Shown here piece after piece: positions 1 through 9,607 of a DNA stretch of 64,000 bases. The notes under the pieces were generated by a model. The model was given only the letters and a program-made list of their open reading frames with translations. It did no database searches and was not told where the DNA came from. Origin of the DNA: a phage; the NCBI GenBank assembly GCA_016389475.1, contig GCA_016389475.1_3042.1; one strand, 5' to 3'. The position numbers and the translations under genes were made by a program. The stretch's first letter is position 1; each line of letters begins with the position of its first letter.

Positions 1-121
1 TATCTGAACGAAAAATGTTTTCAACCATATCTTTATGACTTACCCCATCAGGAGCTTTACGCTTTCCGAAATAGTCATAATCACGAACTTTCAAGTCTTT
101 ACGACGATACGTTTTACCCAT
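1..121 (-). CDS. hypothetical protein, N-terminal 40 codons only (gene runs off the window start)
   Basis: ATG at 121..119 opens a minus-strand frame (MGKTYRRKDLKVRDYDYFGKRKAPDGVSHKDMVENIFRSD...) that reaches position 1 without a stop. Start overlaps the stop of the upstream small ORF. No recognisable domain. Confidence 0.25.
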   Translation of the reverse strand, partial: MGKTYRRKDLKVRDYDYFGKRKAPDGVSHKDMVENIFRSD

Positions 122-290
122 GGAGTTTAATTTCCTTAGCAACTGAACTAAATACAGCACGGTCACAAATCATACGTTTGTTCCATTTAATCACAGTATA
201 ATGAACATCTAAATCATCGACTGCTGTAACAATAACGATATGTCCGTTAACACGATAGTACTGGTCAATTTTAATCTCTTTATCAACCAT
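114..290 (-). CDS. hypothetical small protein (58 aa)
   Basis: Hand-translated ORF, ATG 290..288 to TAA 116..114 (MVDKEIKIDQYYRVNGHIVIV...). Below the ORF-track size cutoff. Compact overlap with the neighbouring start. Confidence 0.3.
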   Translation of the reverse strand: MVDKEIKIDQYYRVNGHIVIVTAVDDLDVHYTVIKWNKRMICDRAVFSSVAKEIKLHG

Positions 291-420
291 ATCAATTCCT
301 CAAAGGTAATTCATATGTTAATAATACCACGGTTTGAACTTCTTGTAAACAACTTTGTGAAAATTATTTTAGGGAATGATAAGAAGTGAACGATAGCTTA
401 GAATGGTAATATACAGAATG

Positions 421-445
421 TGAGAAAGAAAGGCCCAGAGGGCCC
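421..445 (-). terminator. rho-independent terminator-like hairpin downstream of the glutaredoxin-like gene
   Basis: GGCCC-aga-GGGCC stem-loop at 432-444, followed on the minus strand by a U-rich run. Confidence 0.4.
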
Positions 446-448
446 GTC

Positions 449-762
449 TTAGTCTTCTATGATATCTCTATCATATCCAAGTGAAATGAGAGTTTCTTTG
501 AAGTGTTTAATGTTCTTTTGTCTAGAATCATTAATGAAAATGACTGGATAACGAATGTTAAGAGATGTGAATCCGGCGCGTTTGGCAAGAGATACAATCA
601 GTGGACGATCATACTCAATCTTACCATTATTTGTAAGAACTTTATAGAAAGTAAAAGGAGCACTGAGCTCCTTTAGAAGTTTTGTAACTGATTGACATCC
701 AGGACAACGACCTACTTCATCTGGAATTCCATAGACTTCAATCTTATTCTTTAAGTTCGAGT
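449..762 (-). CDS. glutaredoxin/NrdH-like redoxin (about 104 aa); start assigned to GTG at 762
   Basis: CPGC redox motif after a short beta-strand (KIEVYGIPDEVGRCPGCQ). AAGGAA Shine-Dalgarno 9 nt upstream of the GTG. Lies beside nrdG/nrdD, where I recall T4 carries nrdH. The longer track ORF (to 901) would overlap the next gene by over 100 nt. Confidence 0.55.
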
Positions 763-1055
763 TTTGTTCCACGAGAAATAATTCCTTGATAAGCCCAGTA
801 TGGCGGGTTAACAGAATCCTCACCAGAGTTTTCTTCAGGAAAATAAACCTGGATAACGAAGCCGGATTCATCAAAGGTGAAATAAGTAGTAGGCAGTTCA
901 CCTAACAAATCAGCACGAGCGTTGATTTCTTCGAGGTCTTGTTCACGTCCAGCCCAGAAGCTTGGGTTCAGACTACATTCATAGAAATAATAGTCATTAC
1001 CGAACATATCAAAACCATTCCAACTCTCTACTACATACCGCTCAAAACTAATCAT
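744..1055 (-). CDS. hypothetical protein (103 aa)
   Basis: Clean ORF with protein-like composition in the early-gene orientation. Confidence 0.5.
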   Translation of the reverse strand: MISFERYVVESWNGFDMFGNDYYFYECSLNPSFWAGREQDLEEINARADLLGELPTTYFTFDESGFVIQVYFPEENSGEDSVNPPYWAYQGIISRGTKLELKE

Positions 1056-1057
1056 AA

Positions 1058-1273
1058 TTAAGCCTTTTTATCAAGAACAGCATTCAGCTTATTAGTAATT
1101 TTATCCAGACGCTCATTGAACTCACTAGAAGATAAGCCCTTTTCTGGAGAAATCAAACTAATTACGAAAAATATAACAATAAAAGGAATAAGGAAAATAG
1201 CTCCAACTGCCATGAACAAAAAGAATGTTACAGTTGTAAGAAAATCAGCTAAACCTTTACGAAATTTATACAT
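1058..1273 (-). CDS. small membrane protein (71 aa)
   Basis: ORF with a long hydrophobic segment (FLFMAVGAIFLIPFIVIFFVISLI). Confidence 0.5.
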   Translation of the reverse strand: MYKFRKGLADFLTTVTFFLFMAVGAIFLIPFIVIFFVISLISPEKGLSSSEFNERLDKITNKLNAVLDKKA

Positions 1274-1388
1274 ATTTTACCCTTAATTGATTAACCAAGC
1301 ATTGATAAGCACTAAACTATATTGCGAATAAAATTCTGGACCAAAATGAAAAATCATATCATTTATAGTATCCATAATGTAATTCAAT

Positions 1389-1859
1389 TTAATCATGTTT
1401 CCACACCCCATCGGTATTTGACCAAAGTCGCTGATTATCTGATCCTCGCCACAGCTTTTTGGTCGGAAGATTTTTCTCATACTTCCCATCAATAATAACA
1501 TCAACATATTTAAGCATTTCTAGTTGTTTAATATCTTCAAACTTATATCCTGTCCACAACCAAATGCTTTTATTGGGATAAAGATTTTTAATAGTTTGAA
1601 CCACAGAGTGAATCATGTCTCTGTTATCAGGATAAAGAGGGTCACCTCCAGTTATAGTTAATCCTTCTATATAATCATTATTCAAACATTCAATTAATTG
1701 CTCTAGTGTCTCTCCAGTGAATGGAATACCATTTCTAGCATTCCATGTTGATTTATTATAACACCCTTCGCATTTATGCAAACAACCTGTAACGAAAAGA
1801 ACGACCCTGCAACCAGGGCCATTAACAAAATCGCAAGGATAAAATCTATCATAATTCAT
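1389..1859 (-). CDS. nrdG: anaerobic ribonucleotide reductase activating protein (radical SAM)
   Basis: 156 aa with CxxxCxxC cluster motif (CLHKCEGC). Immediately upstream of nrdD on the same strand. Length matches T4 NrdG as I recall it. Confidence 0.9.
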   Translation of the reverse strand: MNYDRFYPCDFVNGPGCRVVLFVTGCLHKCEGCYNKSTWNARNGIPFTGETLEQLIECLNNDYIEGLTITGGDPLYPDNRDMIHSVVQTIKNLYPNKSIWLWTGYKFEDIKQLEMLKYVDVIIDGKYEKNLPTKKLWRGSDNQRLWSNTDGVWKHD

Positions 1860-3673
1860 TGGTGTTTAACCCTATGCATGATTTCTTTATTTTTACCGAG
1901 ATTAAATCCGCGCTCGTTCGGATTTCCCAAATAACCACATGTTCTTCTTATGGTATTCATCTTTTTAGGATCAGTTTCTCCACAAATAGAACAAACAAAT
2001 CCGTTTTCAGTAGGAGTCATTTCATGGGTACTTCCACACGTAAAACATTTATCTACCGGCATATTAACACCAAAATAATCTAAATGTTGTGCAGCATAAT
2101 CCCACACGGCCTCAAGACCTTTTAGGTTATTTTTCATATCAGGAAGTTCAACATAAGAAATGTGACCACCTGTCGCAATGAAATGATATGGCGCTTCACG
2201 AGAAATCTTTTCAAACGGAGTAACATTTTCTTCTACTGAAACGTGGAAACTGTTAGTGTACCAACCTTTATCAGTAACATCCTTTACACTTCCATATTTT
2301 TCTGTATCAAGTTTACAGAAGCGATAGCAAAGGTTTTCAGCAGGAGTAGAATACAAGCTAAAAGCAAACCCAGTTCTTTCAGTCCACTGTTTAAGATGAG
2401 CATTCATTTTAGTTAAAATTTCCTGTCCAATATCACGACCGATAAGAATATTCAATTCGTGAATACCAATGTATCCTAAAGACACTGAACTTCTACCGTT
2501 TTTAAATAACTCAATTATGTCGTCATCAGGTTTAAGACGAACCCCGAATGCACCTTCTTGGTAAAGAATAGGAGCAACAGTCGCTTTAACTCCTTTTAAG
2601 GAACTAATTCTGCACATCAAAGCTTCAAAACATAAATCCATTCGTTCATTGAACAATTCGATAAATTTCTGTTCATTGAACTGTGTTCCAATATAAGAAT
2701 CTAACGCGATGCGAGGAAGATTCAGTGTTACAACACCAAGATTATTACGTCCATCAAGAATTTCATTGCCAGTCGAATCTTTCCATACGCTCAAGAAACT
2801 ACGACAACCCATTGGAGAAACAGGAATAGATGAGCCGGTGATAGCTTTATTGTTCTTAGCTGAAATAATATCAGGATACATTCTTTTGCTTGCGCACTCT
2901 AGAGCAAGCTGTTTAATATCATAGTTCGGATCGTCTTTATAAAGATTAACACCTTCTTCAACGAACATAACAAGCTTAGGGAAAATAGGAGTTATCCCAT
3001 CACGACCAAGACCTTTAATACGATTTTTCAGAATTGCTTTCTGAATCATTCGTTCAGTCCAGTCAGTTCCCGTACCAAATGTAATTGTTACAAAAGGCGT
3101 TTGTCCGTTTGAACTAAAGAGAGTATTTACTTCATATTCATAAGCTTGGAATGCATCGTATACGTCTTTTTCTGTTTTAGATTGAGCATAATTCAACGCA
3201 TCAGCGATTTGCCATTTTTCTGCATCCTCAATATGTTTTGCATAGGTGCGTTTAACATAAGGAGAAAGTACTTTATCTACATTAGCAAAAGTCGTTCCGC
3301 CGTATTGATGGGAAGCAACCTGTGCAGTAATTTGTGCCATAATTGCAGTAGCAACACCGATTGATTTAGGAGTTTCAATCTGTGCATTACCAAGCTTAAA
3401 TCCATTCTCAAGCATTCCTTTTAAATCTACTAAACAACAATTAGTAAATGGAAGAGCAGGGGAATAATCAATATCATGGAAATGGATAATTCCGCTTTCA
3501 TGCGCTTTCATAATAAAAGACGGGACCATATTTTTGGCAATGTGTTTAGACACAATACCAGCCATAAGGTCCCGTTGAGTTGGAAAAACACGAGAATCTT
3601 TATTAGCATTCTCGTTTAAAAGGTCTTTATTAGTTTTATGAATCAATCCTTCAATTTCTTTTTCAATTGTCAT
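1856..3673 (-). CDS. nrdD: anaerobic ribonucleoside-triphosphate reductase (glycyl radical enzyme)
   Basis: 605-aa uninterrupted ORF. C-terminal glycyl-radical motif RTCGYLG and C-x2-C zinc ribbon (CFTCGSTHEM...CSICG). No intron interrupts the frame. Confidence 0.95.
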   Translation of the reverse strand: MTIEKEIEGLIHKTNKDLLNENANKDSRVFPTQRDLMAGIVSKHIAKNMVPSFIMKAHESGIIHFHDIDYSPALPFTNCCLVDLKGMLENGFKLGNAQIETPKSIGVATAIMAQITAQVASHQYGGTTFANVDKVLSPYVKRTYAKHIEDAEKWQIADALNYAQSKTEKDVYDAFQAYEYEVNTLFSSNGQTPFVTITFGTGTDWTERMIQKAILKNRIKGLGRDGITPIFPKLVMFVEEGVNLYKDDPNYDIKQLALECASKRMYPDIISAKNNKAITGSSIPVSPMGCRSFLSVWKDSTGNEILDGRNNLGVVTLNLPRIALDSYIGTQFNEQKFIELFNERMDLCFEALMCRISSLKGVKATVAPILYQEGAFGVRLKPDDDIIELFKNGRSSVSLGYIGIHELNILIGRDIGQEILTKMNAHLKQWTERTGFAFSLYSTPAENLCYRFCKLDTEKYGSVKDVTDKGWYTNSFHVSVEENVTPFEKISREAPYHFIATGGHISYVELPDMKNNLKGLEAVWDYAAQHLDYFGVNMPVDKCFTCGSTHEMTPTENGFVCSICGETDPKKMNTIRRTCGYLGNPNERGFNLGKNKEIMHRVKHQ

Positions 3674-4143
3674 TTTAAACTCTTTCTAAGCTGCTTCTTA
3701 AATGAAGCTATTAATTGTGTTTTAGTGTCAGATTCATTATATTCAAATCCTCTTTGAAGCATCTCAGCCATCATTTCCTCTTTTCCTAAACGAGAAAATT
3801 CCTTTGATTTATCTCCAACAAAGTTAGGGTGAATATTATTTTGGGTGTAATCGGATTTTAAATAAGTAAGTAAATTTTCTAACCATTCAAGATAATCAAC
3901 ACCTTGCCCCTTTAAGCCAGAACGATTAAATTTATGCTTCATTTGACCTTCTGCGGCATTGCAGAGATTACAAAGCAATCCACGCACCTTTCCTGCTTTT
4001 GGTCCATTTAATTCATGGTCATGATCAAGATGATTAGCTTGAACATCAGGATTTAGTTCTCGTTGGCAAATTAAGCATTTACCATTTTGTGCATCATAAA
4101 ATTTCTGTTTTTCTTCTTTGTATAATTTGCCAGTCAATAACAT
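3670..4143 (-). CDS. 49: endonuclease VII (Holliday junction resolvase)
   Basis: 157 aa beginning MLLTGKLYKEEKQKFYDAQNGKCLICQRELNPDVQANHLDHDHE, which I recognise as T4 gp49. Conserved position after nrdD. Confidence 0.85.
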   Translation of the reverse strand: MLLTGKLYKEEKQKFYDAQNGKCLICQRELNPDVQANHLDHDHELNGPKAGKVRGLLCNLCNAAEGQMKHKFNRSGLKGQGVDYLEWLENLLTYLKSDYTQNNIHPNFVGDKSKEFSRLGKEEMMAEMLQRGFEYNESDTKTQLIASFKKQLRKSLK

Positions 4144-4184
4144 AATAAACCCTTACCTTAAATAGATAAGGGTATTTATTATTT

Positions 4185-4361
4185 TCAAGTATTGTAAAAG
4201 GCTCGATGCAATCGCTTATATTGTCGAATCATCTTTTTAGTAGGACGAGAATAAGTTCCTACACAAGTGGTCATATTAGGGTCGGTAGGACTTCCTTTAA
4301 TAAAAAGTTTCCAAACCTTACCGCCATTTAACTTTTCAGTATAAATCAATTCAGTTTTCAT
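4185..4361 (-). CDS. hypothetical small protein (58 aa)
   Basis: Hand-translated ORF (MKTELIYTEKLNGGKVWKLF...). Its ATG overlaps the stop of the upstream gene (TAATG). Confidence 0.35.
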   Translation of the reverse strand: MKTELIYTEKLNGGKVWKLFIKGSPTDPNMTTCVGTYSRPTKKMIRQYKRLHRAFYNT

Positions 4362-4807
4362 TAAAACGCTCGGTCAGAAAAAGAAATTTGAGTTTCAAGC
4401 CATTCAATATATTCTGCCGCGGCTTGCATTAAATTTCCTTCGTAATCATCAATATCTTTTTTCAACGCCGATTTAGATAATGCATATGAAATGCGTTCAC
4501 CCTGAAATCCAGCTTTAGGTTTATGAAGAACTTGATCAATTCGTTCTACAACTTCTTCAATTTCGCCATTTTCTGCGGATTCAGTATTCCACAAGCACCA
4601 ATACGTAATTGGCTTATCGTAGATGTTAATAATCTTTCCATCAGAAAGTTCAATTTCAATAATTCCAGTATCAGGTTCTATATCATCTTCGCATTCTTTT
4701 GCAAGTTCACGAACTTTAAAGACAGTACCTGCACTAAGTTCCGGCCAGTAATTACACAGCCCTTTATCAGCACGATTAATTCTAAACCACTTATCTACTG
4801 CAATCAT
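4361..4807 (-). CDS. hypothetical protein (148 aa from ATG at 4807); occupies the position of pin in T4
   Basis: ORF with GGAG 8 nt upstream of the ATG at 4807. The track start at 4825 is a TTG. Assigned by synteny only. Confidence 0.5.
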   Translation of the reverse strand: MIAVDKWFRINRADKGLCNYWPELSAGTVFKVRELAKECEDDIEPDTGIIEIELSDGKIINIYDKPITYWCLWNTESAENGEIEEVVERIDQVLHKPKAGFQGERISYALSKSALKKDIDDYEGNLMQAAAEYIEWLETQISFSDRAF

Positions 4808-4930
4808 ATCCCATCTCCATATCAATTAAGTCATTTATCGTCGGTTCATTATATATTGTTTCTTCATCAGTGTAAACCGGTTCTTCCGGCTCTGGCTCTG
4901 CAGTTTCCCATCTAGCCGCCCACCAAGGTT

Positions 4931-5251
4931 TTATAGCGTAATCCATTCTCGTACTATCTGAGTTACTACACGTTCACGGGGCTCGACTAGTTCAACAGTC
5001 GGAACTGCATAATACCAGTCAGAATGATAAGAACCTGACCGAGATTCATTTACCGCTACATGTACATTATGTTTTGGACTAAAGTAAACACACTGACGAT
5101 ATTGACATTTACCATCTTGCACCCAGTCTTCTATTTCGACAGGTTTAAGATAATCGGAAAAATCGAAATCATAGTTTTCCGAAAATGCATCATGGTCTTC
5201 AATGATTTCGCTCAGAACTGCATCAACATCTAATTTATTTTCAATAGTCAT
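4931..5251 (-). CDS. hypothetical protein (106 aa)
   Basis: Clean ORF, acidic protein, early orientation. Confidence 0.5.
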   Translation of the reverse strand: MTIENKLDVDAVLSEIIEDHDAFSENYDFDFSDYLKPVEIEDWVQDGKCQYRQCVYFSPKHNVHVAVNESRSGSYHSDWYYAVPTVELVEPRERVVTQIVREWITL

Positions 5252-5261
5252 TTTTCACCAA

Positions 5262-5432
5262 TTAATTTCGCAATTTATTAAGTTCTTCATCATCAATCCA
5301 GGATTCTAGTCCTGATGGCAGGTCACATTCAATTTCCCAAAGAAGTTCTTCAATTTTCTGAAGACGATCTAATTCTTCGGCTGGAATAGTAACCATTGAC
5401 GGAGCTCGTGATACATTAATATCGTAAATCAT
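5262..5432 (-). CDS. hypothetical small protein (start probably the internal ATG)
   Basis: The track ORF 5262..5471 overlaps the upstream gene. The internal Met (MIYDINVS...) gives a compact junction. Confidence 0.4.
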   Translation of the reverse strand: MIYDINVSRAPSMVTIPAEELDRLQKIEELLWEIECDLPSGLESWIDDEELNKLRN

Positions 5433-5434
5433 AT

Positions 5435-5650
5435 TTACCCCAGTTTGACCATGCAATCGCCGTATTTCCACTTAGAAATAGACTTTTCACCATTAGAATA
5501 ATAAACTTCGAGTTTAGCACGATTATTTTTAATTTGAATAACCTTGGCTGTCATCAAAGTTCCATACCCATAATAAACTGCAACCTCATCACCTACATAT
5601 ACCGCGCTTCCGCGGTAGTCATGGATATAATCGGTTCCTTCGAGCATCAT
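5435..5650 (-). CDS. hypothetical protein (71 aa)
   Basis: ORF whose ATG overlaps the nrdC stop (ATGA junction). Confidence 0.5.
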   Translation of the reverse strand: MMLEGTDYIHDYRGSAVYVGDEVAVYYGYGTLMTAKVIQIKNNRAKLEVYYSNGEKSISKWKYGDCMVKLG

Positions 5651-5910
5651 TTAAAGTATTCCCGCAATTGGTCAAATCCACCAATATGACTTCCATCTGG
5701 AGCGAATACCTGCGGCATTGTCAATCCAATTTGAGTATCACGACCTAGTTTAGTCAGAAGCTCAGCGATTTTCTCATCATCAAAAACACCTTTTTCCGGC
5801 ATAATGTTGATAAATTCAAACGGCTGTTTCTTCACGGTCAAAAGACGTTTTGCATTATCGCAATACACACATTTATGAATGTTGCTATCATAACCATATA
5901 CTTTAAACAT
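5647..5910 (-). CDS. nrdC: phage thioredoxin/glutaredoxin
   Basis: 87 aa, MFKVYGYDSNIHKCVYCDNAKRLL..., CVYC active site; matches T4 thioredoxin as I recall it. Confidence 0.9.
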   Translation of the reverse strand: MFKVYGYDSNIHKCVYCDNAKRLLTVKKQPFEFINIMPEKGVFDDEKIAELLTKLGRDTQIGLTMPQVFAPDGSHIGGFDQLREYFK

Positions 5911-5911
5911 A

Positions 5912-6154
5912 TTATTCCTTAATTCCTAATACTTGTTTAAAAGTCTCGTCGTAATCAAGACTTTGGCCCGTTTGTTCTTTATGTTTGTATATAATATCAC
6001 TTACTTCTGATAGCATATTTTTATATGAACGAGTTAAAGCAGATTTAAGCACGCTGTATCTATCAGGAAATTTACCATGTTCATTATAATAAGCTATTGC
6101 TAATTCACGGACTGCCTTTTCAGCAGCCTCCATATATTCTTTACGCTTGGTCAT
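5912..6154 (-). CDS. hypothetical protein (80 aa)
   Basis: ORF tightly packed after nrdC. Confidence 0.5.
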   Translation of the reverse strand: MTKRKEYMEAAEKAVRELAIAYYNEHGKFPDRYSVLKSALTRSYKNMLSEVSDIIYKHKEQTGQSLDYDETFKQVLGIKE

Positions 6155-6156
6155 TT

Positions 6157-6546
6157 TTAATCCAAAATATTATTAGGCATTGGTTGAACACTCACAAGTT
6201 CTTTAAAGAACTCAGTAGAGTCAGGCAATTTAACCATTTCCGGAGCATGCTTACTGAATTTATGTTTACATTGACGGCATTTATATTCAAGCTCTGGTTT
6301 ACGCCAGTTAATCAATTGAACTTGTTCAGTACCGCATTCAGGGCAATTAGGAACGTTTTTAGAAGCTCTTTCACGTCGTTCAACCATAGCCATAATAGCA
6401 TCCCATGCTGGAGGTTTAAAATCTAAATCGTCGCAGCCGTGAATCTTTCCACGCATTTCCATATCATCTTCCTCACCAGCCATAATAATTTTAATTAAAC
6501 TGGAATTACTTGAAGCTGCAATGTCTTCTAATAAACGCTTTTTCAT
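6157..6546 (-). CDS. hypothetical protein with putative zinc ribbon (129 aa)
   Basis: CPECG ... CRQCKHKF cysteine pairs. ATGA overlap with the upstream gene. Confidence 0.5.
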   Translation of the reverse strand: MKKRLLEDIAASSNSSLIKIIMAGEEDDMEMRGKIHGCDDLDFKPPAWDAIMAMVERRERASKNVPNCPECGTEQVQLINWRKPELEYKCRQCKHKFSKHAPEMVKLPDSTEFFKELVSVQPMPNNILD

Positions 6547-7469
6547 TTCAATACCTCAATAGCATTACGTAAACCATTTGCTTTGGCGGTTAAAGCCTTA
6601 AGAACTTTAGTATGCTCTTCAATTTGTTTTTCAACTTCAGTCAAACGGACATTGAGATATTCACGTTCTTCTTTCATAGTATCATTTCCATGATTGGATT
6701 TTGGTATAGGTTTAAATTCACTAGGGTCCTTTAATTTAATAACAAATTTAGTTTCAAACAGTGAAAGACCATAATTCGTATTATCATCAAAGGATTTGAC
6801 TACATCCATATCAGATAATAACACGCGCAAATTATAAGCCAAAGAACTAATAGTTTCATTGTGTTTATTAGCTTCGCGTGGTTTCATATACGGAAGATTT
6901 TTATATATCTCATGCGGAGCGCAAACGATAATTGACAATTCAAATTGTCCATTCTGGGACGATGGAATGAATTTAGCCGTAACCCAGTCTTTTACATTCA
7001 CATTAATAGTACGGTTATCACCATGACAAAACAGTCTACGAGAATGCTTAAAAAGCATATTCACGTTATTATTGAATTCGTGTGAAAATTCACTAGCAAA
7101 TTTTTCTTTACTATCTTTAGAAAACCATTCTTCTAAATAAGTTCTTTTCACGTCGTTAATAATATTAAATGTAACAACACTAGCATTTGATACATTAGTC
7201 TTAATGTAGCTTGGATACATAAATTTTTTAACATTATTAACAGCTATCACAGAAGATAGTAATCGGGAACGTTTGAACCACTCGAGCAAAGAACCAAGAG
7301 AATGTGAATACGCATTTTGTGTATCTTTACAAATATGGTTTTCCCATCCAATATAGTCTAAAAAATCACGAAGAATATTATTGATTACTGCTCTGTGTCC
7401 GATTTGATAATTACGGTGTTTAGTAATAAGACTGTCAAAATAATCAATATAATGTTTACGAGTTTTCAT
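6543..7469 (-). CDS. hypothetical protein, paralog-family member 1 (308 aa) with C-terminal coiled-coil tail
   Basis: N-terminus MKTRKHY... resembles the neighbouring ORFs. Heptad-like C-terminal 40 aa. No recognisable catalytic motif. Confidence 0.6.
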   Translation of the reverse strand: MKTRKHYIDYFDSLITKHRNYQIGHRAVINNILRDFLDYIGWENHICKDTQNAYSHSLGSLLEWFKRSRLLSSVIAVNNVKKFMYPSYIKTNVSNASVVTFNIINDVKRTYLEEWFSKDSKEKFASEFSHEFNNNVNMLFKHSRRLFCHGDNRTINVNVKDWVTAKFIPSSQNGQFELSIIVCAPHEIYKNLPYMKPREANKHNETISSLAYNLRVLLSDMDVVKSFDDNTNYGLSLFETKFVIKLKDPSEFKPIPKSNHGNDTMKEEREYLNVRLTEVEKQIEEHTKVLKALTAKANGLRNAIEVLK

Positions 7470-7520
7470 GTTCTTCTCACTTGTTAATGATTTATACTCC
7501 GAGCCATCCTTGGCTTTAAA

Positions 7521-8522
7521 TTACTTAATTAACTGTAAAGCTTGTTCAAGACGATCCAAGCGATTAACAGATTCTTCCCAAATCTTTTTAGCCTTCTCAT
7601 ATTCTTTCTGCGCTTTATTAGAAATTTCTAGAACTTCTTTATAAGCTTTTTCTAGTGCAACAACTTCTGGACGAATTTCTACCGGTTCAAGTGAATCGTC
7701 AAGATTATCCATTAGTTCCTCAAGGGTAGTTTCTTCTTTAGGAGTATTCACAATTTCTTCGCATTTTTGTTGGTAAATTTCTTTATCAGTTAGTGAATAA
7801 GCACATTTCACTTCACGAAGACTAATTACAATTTTATATCCTTCCCAACCACCAATATTTTTGAAAGGATATGTATGAATACTTTTTACAGTTTCCATAC
7901 AATCCAAAGCCGTCTCTAATTGATGAGTTATAGTGCTAGCAATTGAGAAAAATTTATTAATATTCTTTTGGTTAGCTTCTGGTGTAAAAAATTCATAATT
8001 CACAAAAATAGCTACTTTATTTTTATCAAGCTCATATTCTTTTACGATAATCATATCAGAAGCCAAAGGATGAATTTGACGATAATCGCCATAACATAAT
8101 TTAGAAGCTGATTTTAGAATTTGTCCTTTAAAAAGTCTGAAATTACTAATCCAACGACGAGTAAAAATATTCTTAGGGTCTTCTTTGATATTAAGATGAT
8201 AAGAATTAACATCACCGAACCAATTGTATCCTATTACACCTTTAGTTCGTTTAATTTCTTTCCCAAAATTACCAAGAATATCCCGATTAACTAAATATGA
8301 AAGAAGACGAGACCCTTTAAAGATTATCTTAATATCATCTTTATCTACACGGCTAGAAATTTCACGAACTTCATGAATAAATTTACTGGAAGAAACAATA
8401 CTTGCATCAATACTGCTGAGCCATTGATTGATAATAGAAAGAACAGCATTCTGACTAGACATGGGTTTAACTTTATCATCAATAACCCTATTGAATGATT
8501 TGATATATTCGTTACGAGTCAT
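7521..8522 (-). CDS. hypothetical protein, paralog-family member 2 (333 aa from ATG 8522) with C-terminal coiled-coil tail
   Basis: GAGGAG Shine-Dalgarno before the ATG at 8522 (MTRNEYIKSF...). Early promoter immediately upstream. Confidence 0.6.
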   Translation of the reverse strand: MTRNEYIKSFNRVIDDKVKPMSSQNAVLSIINQWLSSIDASIVSSSKFIHEVREISSRVDKDDIKIIFKGSRLLSYLVNRDILGNFGKEIKRTKGVIGYNWFGDVNSYHLNIKEDPKNIFTRRWISNFRLFKGQILKSASKLCYGDYRQIHPLASDMIIVKEYELDKNKVAIFVNYEFFTPEANQKNINKFFSIASTITHQLETALDCMETVKSIHTYPFKNIGGWEGYKIVISLREVKCAYSLTDKEIYQQKCEEIVNTPKEETTLEELMDNLDDSLEPVEIRPEVVALEKAYKEVLEISNKAQKEYEKAKKIWEESVNRLDRLEQALQLIK

Positions 8523-8544
8523 ATTAATCTCCTCAGTAGAAAGT

Positions 8545-8585
8545 AAGAACATTATACCACATCCTTGTGGCAAAGTAAACTAGTT
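8545..8585 (-). promoter_or_regulatory. early sigma70-type promoter (GTTTAC-N18-TATAAT)
   Basis: Minus-strand GTTTAC at 8580..8575 and TATAAT at 8556..8551 with an 18-nt spacer and TGn extended -10; SD and ATG follow. Confidence 0.6.
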
Positions 8586-9599
8586 CAGTGCATTTAATGC
8601 ACTGTTCAGTTTAGAACGTTGCTTTGTCAGATTTTGAACCCTTGACTGAGCTTGTTCTAACGCCTTTTCAGCTTCTAGCACTTCATTGGTCGCTTTAACG
8701 AGTTCATCATCTACTGCCTTGATAGACTTCTCAATCGCATCCGCGTGCCATTTTTCAACAGGTTTAAGACTCGGATTTTCAACAGGAAGAAAATTCACTT
8801 TATTGAATTTCCATGCATCATTATTACCTGAACTATACATCCAAAATTTAGGATCGTTTGATAAGTAATTGGATAAATTTAAGTTATCTTGTACTTCCTG
8901 CTTTTTCTCTTGCGGGACTTCGTCCTTTCTCAAAAAATCGTATTTAAATGAAACGATCATATCAAGTTCATATGATGTTGTATCTAACTTAAATCGTTCA
9001 AAACGAGGTAAAATCTTAGACTGAACAGCGGCAACAACATCCATATACTTAAATGCTTCTGTCAACTGTGATTTAAGGCATTCACAAATTGAAAGAGAAT
9101 TTTTTGTATTAGGTTTAAAGCTAATTCGTGCAGTTCTATTATTTTCTTTTAATGGTCTTACTTCCATCTGAAGAGTATAACCATCAAATTTCAGGTTCTT
9201 TAAGTTATTGTCAGAACCTTTTAATCGACTAGCTGTCGACAAAATTTGCTTTAACTGTTTACGGAATAGAGCAATAAATCTCCATTCAATACGATAATGA
9301 TTGGGATTGAAAAATCCAGATGATAAATCAACCTTACTCTGACCAACACCTTGAACAAATAGAGGATTTTTATAATCAATAGTTTTACAGAAATCGGTGA
9401 GCTGCTCACGAGCAGTCATTTGTGTAATATATCCCGCTTTACTAAAATGACGTAACCATTCACTGCTATTCATATACTTAAAGTGAATGGAACTATTAAC
9501 TCTATCAGGGTCTAAATTATTTTGGCACAAAAATGTCATAACATCACGAGTATAGCTGGCATTACGAACCATATCTTCAATTTGAGAACGAGTTTTCAT
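8580..9599 (-). CDS. hypothetical protein, paralog-family member 3 (339 aa) with C-terminal coiled-coil tail
   Basis: N-terminus MKTRSQIEDMV... C-terminal heptad-like region. Confidence 0.6.
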   Translation of the reverse strand: MKTRSQIEDMVRNASYTRDVMTFLCQNNLDPDRVNSSIHFKYMNSSEWLRHFSKAGYITQMTAREQLTDFCKTIDYKNPLFVQGVGQSKVDLSSGFFNPNHYRIEWRFIALFRKQLKQILSTASRLKGSDNNLKNLKFDGYTLQMEVRPLKENNRTARISFKPNTKNSLSICECLKSQLTEAFKYMDVVAAVQSKILPRFERFKLDTTSYELDMIVSFKYDFLRKDEVPQEKKQEVQDNLNLSNYLSNDPKFWMYSSGNNDAWKFNKVNFLPVENPSLKPVEKWHADAIEKSIKAVDDELVKATNEVLEAEKALEQAQSRVQNLTKQRSKLNSALNALN

Positions 9600-9607
9600 A
9601 GTGTTCC

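Noticed and set aside
449-901. Long form (150 aa) of the glutaredoxin-like ORF
   Set aside because: The N-terminal extension overlaps gene 744..1055 by over 150 nt and is hydrophobic low-complexity sequence. The GTG at 762 with an upstream AAGGAA gives a canonical redoxin length.
1283-1507. 74-aa minus-strand ORF overlapping the 3' end of nrdG
   Set aside because: Most of it overlaps nrdG in another frame. At most a roughly 37-codon remnant downstream of nrdG could be real, which is too weak to call.
1859-3364. Plus-strand track ORFs 1859..2083, 2709..2924 and 3146..3364, antisense within nrdD
   Set aside because: Fully embedded in the strongly supported 605-aa nrdD frame; low-complexity translations; no start signals.
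1856-3673. Group I intron with homing endonuclease in nrdD
   Set aside because: Looked for because T4 has one, but the NrdD frame is continuous with no insertion.
4361-4825. Naming the gene after 49 as pin (Lon protease inhibitor)
   Set aside because: Position fits T4 synteny but I cannot verify the sequence from memory, so it is left as hypothetical with the synteny noted.
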